Below the pieces are notes generated by a model. That model saw only the letters and a list, made by a program, of their open reading frames with translations. It had not been told where the DNA came from and ran no database searches. The translations under genes were made by a program, and so were the position numbers. DNA of 64,000 nucleotides, from assembly GCA_964004625.1 (NCBI GenBank), contig CAXFOB010000039.1, positions 12,727 to 76,726 of the forward strand. The letters are read 5' to 3'. The stretch is from an uncultured Flavobacteriales bacterium. GTDB lineage: Bacteria; Bacteroidota; Bacteroidia; Flavobacteriales; BACL11. This document shows, piece by piece, positions 19,853 through 27,336 of this stretch (position 1 is the first letter of the stretch; each line of letters opens with the position of its first letter).

Positions 19853-21999
19853 TAGTGTATGAATAATATCTTGCCAACAGCTTTTTCACCCCCGTCTTTA
19901 TCAGAACAAAAAACCAGATAAACTCCGGTACCCACCCTGTTATTATTTGAGTCAGTCCCGTCCCAAATAGCCATTCCTCCATTTGAAGTGGTTTCAAAAA
20001 CTAAATTTCCACTCACATCAGTTATTTTCACATTGGATTCATACGCAATTCCGTTAATGGATATGTTTCCGTAATAATCTTCCCTCACTGGATTTGGGAA
20101 AATATCAACTGAATTAATATTTGTTTTTCCTTTAGTAGCATCATTTCTAAAACTCATTAATCCTTTGTCGGTTGAAATAAAAATTTCAGCAGTTTTGTGG
20201 TTTAATTCTATATCTAATATTGTATTAGATAATAATGGACTGTTTTCTTTTGTGAAATGTTCAATTTCTTCGGTTCCATCTTCTGATAGTAAATATAAAC
20301 CAGACTCTAAAGTTCCAATCCATTTTCTGTTTCCCCCATCAACCGCTATAGAGTAAACAATTTCAGATTCTAGTAAATATTGTCCAAAGCCATTTTCCTC
20401 TACAATTATTTGTTGGGCATCAAAATTATATCCACTAAATACTGATGAAGGGGAATAAAAAACACAAACCCCTTCTTTTGTTCCTGCCCAGACATTTCCA
20501 TCTAAATCGCTTACTAATGCGTAGACCTCCTGGTTTGGCAAATTTCCATTTCCTACACTTGTGGTGATTACTTTATATTGATCATCAGACTTGTCTTCAA
20601 TTGTTCCATTGTCGTTATATACAAACAACCCTTTTGCCCGTACAGACCCCCATTTTTGCCCATAATCATCAATAATTAAATTTCGTATATCTCTATCGTT
20701 GGGAAGTTGGGGCATGAAAAAGTACGTCCAATAATTATCAGAGCTTCTCACAAAAAGTGTTTTACCTGAATTAGAAACCGTCCCCCACAAATTACCCTCT
20801 CTATCTGATGTAAGATTAGAAATATAATAATTTGTGTCTAATATGTTTTGTGTGTTCCCAGGAGTGTATCTTATTATTTGTTGTCCGTCTTTTTTAGCTA
20901 ATCCGGACGTTGAAGACCCCACATAGGTTATTGATCCAATTTTTTCGGAACACACAACTTCTGAAAAATAATCCCAATGAAGCCAATCTATTATATCTCC
21001 TGTTCTGGAAACAGAGTTTTTACTATTGTTATGTAGTAAAAAAAGGAAATTATCTTGTAACTTTATATTTTCAATTGTATTTGAAGACGGACCATTTGGT
21101 TTTATAACTTCTGAAAACTCAAAATTTTCGTATTTTAATAAAGAGTTAGAACTGTCTGCAATCCAAAGAATATTGTCTTTATCCATCCAAGCATCTTGTA
21201 TGTTACTAAAATTTGAATCCGCAGACACTTCTGATATAAGATTATTATTTTGATAAACACTAATTATACTGCCTATTTCTAGGTAATATCCATTACAGTT
21301 TCTCACTTTTAGAGAAGGATATTGACTGTTAAACAAAATCCCCGAAGAATTTACAATGATTTCAGAAACTTCAGAAGGGTGAGAGGGGTGTTTGGTCCAA
21401 CTATTAAAATCAAATAAAGTGTTTGAGTTTTTATCTGCAAAATACACTCCGTCGGTAGTACCAACAAAAATGCAAGTATCATCTATATAACAATCGTTTA
21501 TACCTACAAAATTTCCGTTCTCCCCTATTTTGTAGGTGTCAATTATTTCTTCTTTTTTAAGATCCATTAAAAGCAGTCCAAAACTAGTAGAAAAGTATGC
21601 AACACCCTCTTCTATATCAACATTATGTATCTCTTTCTCTCCTGTTATAAACTTGTCCTTTATATCTGTGATATTTATAATGTCATCTCCTTTTATAAGA
21701 TCGACATTGGTATTGTAGTAAGTGATTATGATAATATTATTTTCTGAATCATAATTCATTGCGGAAACACCAACATCTGATAGTCCTGTTATTTTGTTTA
21801 ATCGGTTGATGGTATAATCTTCTTTATTGTAATAGAAGAGCCCGTTTTCAGTAGCGCAATAGATGTGATTTTCTACTTCCAGAATGTGTTTTGCATTGCC
21901 GTAGGAAAGATGTTCTTGCCAGTTATATATAGGAGTGTTTTGTCCTTGTATGGCAAAAGAGAGGGATATAAATTGAAGATAAAAGACAGTTTTTTTCAT
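19852..21999 (-). CDS. two-propeller protein with T9SS C-terminal domain, PorZ-like
   Basis: 715 aa. N-terminus W.EHLSY...IYCATENGLFYYNK...GLSDVGVSAM.YD matches my recollection of PorZ-family starts. C-terminus DIFPNPV...GTGVYLV is a T9SS CTD. Confidence 0.6.
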   Translation of the reverse strand: MKKTVFYLQFISLSFAIQGQNTPIYNWQEHLSYGNAKHILEVENHIYCATENGLFYYNKEDYTINRLNKITGLSDVGVSAMNYDSENNIIIITYYNTNVDLIKGDDIINITDIKDKFITGEKEIHNVDIEEGVAYFSTSFGLLLMDLKKEEIIDTYKIGENGNFVGINDCYIDDTCIFVGTTDGVYFADKNSNTLFDFNSWTKHPSHPSEVSEIIVNSSGILFNSQYPSLKVRNCNGYYLEIGSIISVYQNNNLISEVSADSNFSNIQDAWMDKDNILWIADSSNSLLKYENFEFSEVIKPNGPSSNTIENIKLQDNFLFLLHNNSKNSVSRTGDIIDWLHWDYFSEVVCSEKIGSITYVGSSTSGLAKKDGQQIIRYTPGNTQNILDTNYYISNLTSDREGNLWGTVSNSGKTLFVRSSDNYWTYFFMPQLPNDRDIRNLIIDDYGQKWGSVRAKGLFVYNDNGTIEDKSDDQYKVITTSVGNGNLPNQEVYALVSDLDGNVWAGTKEGVCVFYSPSSVFSGYNFDAQQIIVEENGFGQYLLESEIVYSIAVDGGNRKWIGTLESGLYLLSEDGTEEIEHFTKENSPLLSNTILDIELNHKTAEIFISTDKGLMSFRNDATKGKTNINSVDIFPNPVREDYYGNISINGIAYESNVKITDVSGNLVFETTSNGGMAIWDGTDSNNNRVGTGVYLVFCSDKDGGEKAVGKILFIH

Positions 22000-22052
22000 C
22001 AGACTACAATATTAAAACATATTAACTTGATAACATTAAATAAAACTAAAAA

Positions 22053-22082
22053 TTGTGGAGCTAAACTTCTTTTGTAGATTTG
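22053..22082 (+). promoter_or_regulatory. complete Bacteroidota promoter for tRNA-Arg: -33 TTG, 19-nt spacer, -7 TAgaTTTG
   Basis: TTG at 22053-22055 and TAGATTTG at 22075-22082. The box ends 8 nt before the mature tRNA 5' end. Confidence 0.55.
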
Positions 22083-22090
22083 CCGTAGAT

Positions 22091-22164
22091 GGCCTAGTAG
22101 TTCAACTGGATAGAATACCAGATTTCGGCTCTGGGGGTTGGGGGTTCGAATCCTCCCTAGGTCA
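22091..22164 (+). tRNA. tRNA-Arg (anticodon UCG)
   Basis: Hand-folded cloverleaf, 74 nt. Acceptor GGCCTAG/CTAGGTC (one G-U). D arm GTTC-AACTGGATA-GAAT. Anticodon stem CCAGA/TCTGG with loop TT-TCG-GC. Variable loop GGGTT. T arm GGGGG-TTCGAAT-CCTCC. Discriminator A. CCA is not encoded. Confidence 0.9.
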
Positions 22165-22222
22165 CTATTTTCTCTATAAACTTTATTTTTTTACTCTGAT
22201 AACTATAATTTCTTGTCATTTG

Positions 22223-22243
22223 TGTAGGCCAGTATGTAGGCCA
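22223..22243. repeat. tandem direct repeat TGTAGGCCA-gta-TGTAGGCCA
   Basis: Two identical 9-mers at 22223-22231 and 22235-22243 (12-bp period), GC-rich in an AT-rich spacer. Flanked by a second direct repeat ATTTCTTGTC at 22208-22217 and 22254-22263. Confidence 0.6.
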
Positions 22244-22249
22244 CTTTTA

Positions 22250-22321
22250 CTATATTTCTTGTCCGTCAATGTTAATTACTATGTTAATCGGCTCTGTTTC
22301 TTGGACGTCTTTAATCGTCAA
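22250..22321 (-). pseudogene. relic 3'-end fragment paralogous to the C-terminus of the adjacent 86-aa ORF
   Basis: The minus strand reads LTIKDVQETEPINIVINIDGQEI*. The last 20 aa of ORF 22354-22614 read VEDVQEIEPISVNINFLDTK*. About 64% nt identity over 45 nt by hand alignment. A stop codon lies just upstream, so the fragment is not an intact gene. Confidence 0.4.
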
Positions 22322-22353
22322 TTCTTAATTATAGTGTATGGATTTGTAAGTAT

Positions 22354-22614
22354 TTATTTTGTGTCTAGAAAGTTAATATTGACACTGATTGGTTCAATTT
22401 CCTGGACGTCTTCAACCATTTTCTTCTTTCCTATAGCGTAGGGTAGTAGCTTTGTTATTGCGTTGATATAATCAATAGGGTCTTCTATCTTGTCTAGCAT
22501 TTCTCTAATCTTGTTAGGGTCTATGCTTTCGTTGATTATCTTACGTAATTCGTTGTTTCCCGAACCTACAGGTCTTCCTAATGGGTTTCCACTTGTTCCT
22601 TTCTTAAAGGGCAT
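22354..22614 (-). CDS. small phage-type protein (DUF5681 / small-terminase-like N-terminal motif)
   Basis: 86 aa. N-terminus PFKKGTSGNPLGRPVGSGN resembles the KGxSGNPxGRPxG signature I associate with DUF5681 phage proteins. Its start overlaps the upstream stop as TAATG. Confidence 0.55.
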   Translation of the reverse strand: MPFKKGTSGNPLGRPVGSGNNELRKIINESIDPNKIREMLDKIEDPIDYINAITKLLPYAIGKKKMVEDVQEIEPISVNINFLDTK

Positions 22615-24026
22615 TAGTTTTGTTCATTTATTTTATACAATTGATAAGTAGATATCGCAGAAAGTAAATTACTAACATCTATAGAAGAATTAATTGATTG
22701 AAGCTCATTACTTAATGATTCATTTAATGATTTAAAAGATTCTTCTGTTGTATATGTAAGATAATTTATTTCTGCTACAATATTTCTTTCCATATTATGA
22801 ATAGAATATATTAGTTCTACTAAATTATTGTTAACATCATCTAATTTATTACTAATATCATTTTCCCACTTACTATTAAAAATGTTAAGTTTTTCAAAAA
22901 ATTCATAAATTTCAAAAAACACTACTAAATTATTATCTTTTAGTGAAATAATCAAATTAAATGAATGCATTGATAATGATTTGTAATTATTTAGACTATT
23001 TTTTAGTATCTTTATTAAATCAACATATTCGTTAATTGAATTACTGTCATTTATTTTATCATAAAGAAATTCTAAATTACAATATTTATTATTTAGGAAA
23101 TTTATCAACTTAATAATTTTATGTAGATACTCCTTATTTACTTCTATAATTATCTTTTGATTTTTAGTTAATAATTTTTTTAAATCTTTAGAATAATTGA
23201 CAATATCAATTCTTCCATCATTATCACCATCTATAGATTTTCTCATTAGTTGAAATTCATTTTCTTTTAGAATGGTTTGTTCTTTATAGTATTTGATAAG
23301 CTCACTGAAAAATAATAAAACTGGCTGAGTATTAATTTTATTTTTTGCTAATCTTTTTATAAATGTATTCAATTCAAATTCACAAGAACTATATTTATAG
23401 ATAGATGATGTGTCTCCGAAAATATTAAGGTATATGTTGTGGGTTGATGAAATATAGTTCACCTCCATTGTGTATCCTGTAGATTTATCTATACCATTAT
23501 ATAATTTGACCGAAAATTGTGATTTTTTAAAAATTTTAGCCGCTAATTTATGTTCAAATGAACTAGAGTAAGGCTTACCATTCTCAAATAACTCACTTAA
23601 AATAAGTTTTCTTATTGAATTATATTTCTTTTCAAATCCTATTTCAATTGTAATATCTTTTTTAGTTGTCGGCTTATATTCTTTTAAAAGCTTTTTATAT
23701 TTTTTGTTTATTTTTTTTAATTGTTCTAATAATAATTCTTCATTTTTTGATTTAATAATGAAGGTTTTATCCATAAATAAATTACGTGGTCCTAATAAAG
23801 TGGATTCTATTTTTTCCACTTCTTTTCCCATCCAATTCTTTCTGATAAAAGTTTTATATAAAACGATATCAAATGATTTCTTTGATTTAGAAATATAAAT
23901 ATTACCTTCATCACTGTAGTGTTCTTGAAATTTCGTATTTTTCTTCATTATAAGAAGATTTTTATTCTCCTTTAAAAAATCATCAAATAATTGATGTTGA
24001 CATTTAATTTTTATTTCTTTAACCAC
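22614..24026 (-). CDS. orphan 470-aa N/K/I-rich protein with an EF-hand-like DxDxDG loop; function unknown
   Basis: Long uninterrupted ORF in very AT-rich DNA. No P-loop, HEPN Rx4-6H, RT YxDD or TM helices seen. Loop DGDNDGRIDIVN at aa 266-277. The annotated start is GTG; ATG alternatives are at 23948 or the upstream mini-ORF. Confidence 0.6.
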   Translation of the reverse strand: MVKEIKIKCQHQLFDDFLKENKNLLIMKKNTKFQEHYSDEGNIYISKSKKSFDIVLYKTFIRKNWMGKEVEKIESTLLGPRNLFMDKTFIIKSKNEELLLEQLKKINKKYKKLLKEYKPTTKKDITIEIGFEKKYNSIRKLILSELFENGKPYSSSFEHKLAAKIFKKSQFSVKLYNGIDKSTGYTMEVNYISSTHNIYLNIFGDTSSIYKYSSCEFELNTFIKRLAKNKINTQPVLLFFSELIKYYKEQTILKENEFQLMRKSIDGDNDGRIDIVNYSKDLKKLLTKNQKIIIEVNKEYLHKIIKLINFLNNKYCNLEFLYDKINDSNSINEYVDLIKILKNSLNNYKSLSMHSFNLIISLKDNNLVVFFEIYEFFEKLNIFNSKWENDISNKLDDVNNNLVELIYSIHNMERNIVAEINYLTYTTEESFKSLNESLSNELQSINSSIDVSNLLSAISTYQLYKINEQN

Positions 24027-24098
24027 ATCGAGAATTGCTTGTTCATATTATTTAATTTTTTCATTTTATTCTTCTTTAAACTCCTCCATCAATTCCTT

Positions 24099-26138
24099 TT
24101 ATTCAATTACCACTTTCTTCTCCACTGTGCCATCTTCATATATGTAGAACAATTGGGAGCCTACTCCTAATTTTCTTTCTCTTCCCAACACATCTGTAAT
24201 TTTAATGAGTTTTTTATTGTTGTTCATATCCTCTATTGAATTAATTATCACATTAATCAAAACAGTTAATTCCTCCCCAACACAACCATTAACATCAGTT
24301 TCTGTTACCGATAATGTAAATCCTCCAGAGTTATTCCATGTTACATCTATAGAACTTGTCCCCTGTCCCGACTCTATAGTACCGCCAAGCAAACTCCAAT
24401 TATATGTAGATCCAGATGTTGCATTAACAGAATAAGTTACCGTTAGAAATTGATTAGGATTAGTGGGGCCTGTAATAGGAGGGGTGTTTACTATGTTTGA
24501 AACTACAAATGGAGGATTCGACACTCCCGGACACCCATTTATATCTGTAACATTAACATAATACGAACCCAATGTGTTCACCGATATTTGTTGAGTTGTT
24601 TCCCCTGTATTCCAGCTACAACTAGGATAATTTCCCGCATCTAACACAACCTGTCCATTCGGCAAACATAATGAATCCTCTCCTATAGTATTAACAGTAA
24701 AATAAAATTGACCTGTAGCAGCAAAAATTGTAATAGGTGTGGAAGTTGCTATACATCCCGTAGGATAAGTTACCTCCACTGTGTAATTACCAGCAATAGA
24801 AGCAATTAGAGTTTGGTTTGTTTCAGTGGTCATAATAGTACCATTATTGTACCATTGATAGGAGGAAAACCCAGCCCCAGCATCTAAAGTAACAGAACCA
24901 TTACATAAAGACAATCCTGTTGTAGACGCAGTAATTGTTTGAGGAGATATACTAATGGAAGTTGTATTAGACGTACCCGTACACCCATTTCCATCTACAA
25001 CGGATAAATTATAATTACCCGTTGATGTTGTATTAATAGATGTGCTAGTTGCTCCAGTATTCCAAAGATATTGAGTAAATCCAAGAGGCCCATCTATTGT
25101 AACTGTATCACCTTGACAAATGAAAACGGAATCAGCTGTGGATAAAGTAATTGGAATATTACTTGAATAAATAGTAATAGGTTCTGATTGACACGTAAAC
25201 CCAGTAGGTGTAATACAATCAACATAGTAAGTTCCAGGAGTATTTACAGTTAGCAAGTTTGTGGTTGACGCTCCATTCCAATTATATGAAGAATAACCTG
25301 TTGGAGCAGTTAATACCACCACATTTCCATTACATAATGAAAACCCTGTAGTAGAAACACTAGTATTTAATACTGTAATTTTCATGGTGTCTGAATATGT
25401 TACACCATTACAATTCAAAACAGCACATACATCAGTTGTTTGTATTGGAGAATAAGTTAATGAGTCACCGGACCCAATAAGTTGACCAGAATTTACATCA
25501 AACCAACTCGCTCCTCCACCATAATGAATGGTTCCATTCCAGTTTCTTGGAGTATTCTGATTGTAAAAAGGGTAACCTCCCCCATGCCCTTCGGTTATAA
25601 TTAAATCTGAATTAGATTGCCAAGTTGTTACTCCAGCAGTACCCGTACCATTGGTATACGCAATACTTGACCCTGTAGACCCAACTCTAAACCCATAGGT
25701 TGCTCCCGCAGGAATAGTTACTCCCGAAACGGGAATATGTCCACTAGCAACACCAGAAACTAAATCTACTGTTGCAGCACCGACCATTATCCAGTTTATA
25801 GTGTCATTTATTTGTGGTAGGTAATCCCCAGGGTACATCCAAACCTCCATTTCTACGGATGTAGTTGTATAGGTTCCCCCTTGTGAAAACCCTGTTATTG
25901 TAATAGAACTAGAAGATGTATTAATAAGATTAAACATATTACCTGCAAATCCATTCCCACCAGCATTTGGACAAGTTAGACTGTCGGTAACCCCACTACA
26001 CCCGGATGTCGCTGGTCCTGATAGAGTTGTGAAAACTAGAGCGCTATCTCCAAAACAAACACTTTGGTCATTACCAACAGAAAATTGACTTATCCCAGTT
26101 GCTGGTATACATAGCAAGATCAACAATAATTTTTTCAT
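24099..26138 (-). CDS. secreted multi-domain protein: N-terminal beta-rich domain, four Cys-containing Ig-like modules, PKD-like module, short C-terminal sorting-like tag
   Basis: 679 aa with signal peptide. Repeated Y/C-x-W-N-x-G-x-T...G-x-Y-x-V...GC modules. The C-terminus KLIKITDVLGRE...LFYIYEDGTVEKKVVIE is shared with the next gene. Confidence 0.75.
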   Translation of the reverse strand: MKKLLLILLCIPATGISQFSVGNDQSVCFGDSALVFTTLSGPATSGCSGVTDSLTCPNAGGNGFAGNMFNLINTSSSSITITGFSQGGTYTTTSVEMEVWMYPGDYLPQINDTINWIMVGAATVDLVSGVASGHIPVSGVTIPAGATYGFRVGSTGSSIAYTNGTGTAGVTTWQSNSDLIITEGHGGGYPFYNQNTPRNWNGTIHYGGGASWFDVNSGQLIGSGDSLTYSPIQTTDVCAVLNCNGVTYSDTMKITVLNTSVSTTGFSLCNGNVVVLTAPTGYSSYNWNGASTTNLLTVNTPGTYYVDCITPTGFTCQSEPITIYSSNIPITLSTADSVFICQGDTVTIDGPLGFTQYLWNTGATSTSINTTSTGNYNLSVVDGNGCTGTSNTTSISISPQTITASTTGLSLCNGSVTLDAGAGFSSYQWYNNGTIMTTETNQTLIASIAGNYTVEVTYPTGCIATSTPITIFAATGQFYFTVNTIGEDSLCLPNGQVVLDAGNYPSCSWNTGETTQQISVNTLGSYYVNVTDINGCPGVSNPPFVVSNIVNTPPITGPTNPNQFLTVTYSVNATSGSTYNWSLLGGTIESGQGTSSIDVTWNNSGGFTLSVTETDVNGCVGEELTVLINVIINSIEDMNNNKKLIKITDVLGRERKLGVGSQLFYIYEDGTVEKKVVIE

Positions 26139-26149
26139 ATATTTTATTT

Positions 26150-27172
26150 TTAATTATCTCCAACAATTATTTTCTTTTCTATTGTTCCGTCTTCATATAT
26201 ATATAATAATGGAGTATTTCGTTTCTTCTTTATTTCTCTTCCAAATACATCTACAATTTTCCATAGTTTATATTCCATCTCTACACTTTCTATGTTTGTA
26301 GGTGGGCAGCTAATAATAATAGAGGAGTCTATTTCCTGTATCACGTCCCCTAATTCAGAGTTTATGTCTGCAGTAAATGTAATAGGTCCCTCCTCATCTG
26401 GGTTGACAAATAAATCTGTAAAGTTAATTTGGCTAATATATCCACTAGTATAATTATTTCCATCATTAGGCCCTAAAGTAGTTACCTTTATCCCACTGGT
26501 CATATTTTCTATAATAAAAAAACCCATAGTGCCACCAATAGAATCGATCATGTCAATTTTAGCATAATTAGGACCTAATTTAAAATCCAAAACAAGTACA
26601 GAATTTATATTTTGTGTTGGGCTACTGTAGTTTGCATTACCTAAGGTGTCCCCAGCACTAAGTGTATTCATGTCAAAATACCCTTTATCAGACCAAAATA
26701 TAGATGAAGATATGTCTGGTTCATTTTGTTGTTGTTGTGCAATAATCGAAAAAGCGGTATTCATATTACATGTAAAATTTGCAATGATGGGTAAAATACT
26801 AGGGTCAAAAGCAGAAGGAACAAATGCTGTTGTAGTAAAAGTGTCTGAGTGTGACCATCCAGAATTTGGCTGATTGGTAGAATCACAAAAAGTTTTAATT
26901 TGCCATTCGTATGTAGTAAGTTGTTGTAGTTGTGGAATATTTCTACTAGTCATAGTAGAGTCAATATTTCCTAAGTTACTCCAATTAGCTGTTCCTAATT
27001 CTCTATAATGAATGAGATAGTGGTGAGCGCTAGGTGCTGCAGTCCAATTTGCTTGTGCGTTAACATAAGTAATGTTTGTCGTGATTAAACTATCCGCATT
27101 TAAGCATTGAGACTTTATAATCCCTGTAGAAAGTAAGTAAAAAATAAAAATTGTAAATTTTTTCATATTCAT
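26150..27172 (-). CDS. secreted protein with N-terminal fibronectin-III-like domain and the same short C-terminal tag
   Basis: 340 aa with signal peptide. FN3-like region (ANWTAAPSAHHYLIHYRELGTANW...YEWQIKTFC). C-terminus KLWKIVDVFGRE...LLYIYEDGTIEKKIIV. Confidence 0.7.
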   Translation of the reverse strand: MNMKKFTIFIFYLLSTGIIKSQCLNADSLITTNITYVNAQANWTAAPSAHHYLIHYRELGTANWSNLGNIDSTMTSRNIPQLQQLTTYEWQIKTFCDSTNQPNSGWSHSDTFTTTAFVPSAFDPSILPIIANFTCNMNTAFSIIAQQQQNEPDISSSIFWSDKGYFDMNTLSAGDTLGNANYSSPTQNINSVLVLDFKLGPNYAKIDMIDSIGGTMGFFIIENMTSGIKVTTLGPNDGNNYTSGYISQINFTDLFVNPDEEGPITFTADINSELGDVIQEIDSSIIISCPPTNIESVEMEYKLWKIVDVFGREIKKKRNTPLLYIYEDGTIEKKIIVGDN

Positions 27173-27336
27173 TTTATTTAAAACAAAATTACAAAAAATT
27201 ATAGTAATTTCACATGAAAAACAGTAAAACGCTGAAAACCAAACAGATAAGAGCGTCTTTTGTTTTGACGAAATTTTATTAATAGGGGTTCTTGGTCCAA
27301 ATTATAAAAATAATTTCTTAAAAGTTCTCTATGGAG

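Larger units (their letters stand above)
22165..24098. mobile_element. putative degraded integrated element / genomic islet at the 3' side of tRNA-Arg
   Basis: Directly abuts the tRNA 3' end. Contains short direct repeats, a relic gene fragment, a phage-type small ORF and a markedly lower-GC orphan gene. No integrase and no exact att repeat found. Confidence 0.35.

Noticed and set aside
22250-22416. The idea that the duplicated 3' segment is a DGR template/variable repeat pair
   Set aside because: Differences between the copies are not confined to adenine positions. Identity is only about 64%. No reverse transcriptase gene is present in the window.
22055-22441. 128-aa plus-strand ORF from the track
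   Set aside because: It runs straight through the tRNA-Arg gene and the repeat-rich spacer. Its sequence (CRPVCRPLLL) simply reflects the TGTAGGCCA repeat. There is no plausible start context.
27208-27219. 12-mer TTTCACATGAAA (near-palindrome) upstream of the 340-aa gene, repeated at 30098-30109 upstream of mnmG
   Set aside because: In a window of about 30% GC and this size, hundreds of chance 12-mer repeats are expected. The two copies lie at different distances from their starts (35 nt versus 5 nt).
27229-27267. Hairpin ACGCT-N18-AGCGT followed by CTTTTGTTTTG between the methyltransferase and the 340-aa gene, plus a 22-codon ORF at 27214-27282
   Set aside because: A 5-bp stem with an 18-nt loop is too weak to call a terminator. 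The mini-ORF has no supporting features.
27285-27300. Possible attR: GGGGTTC shared with the tRNA-Arg T-arm (GGGGTTCGAATCC)
   Set aside because: Only 7 nt match before the sequences diverge. I found no longer copy of the tRNA 3' end at 24027-24098 or 27173-27336, so island boundaries cannot be defined this way.
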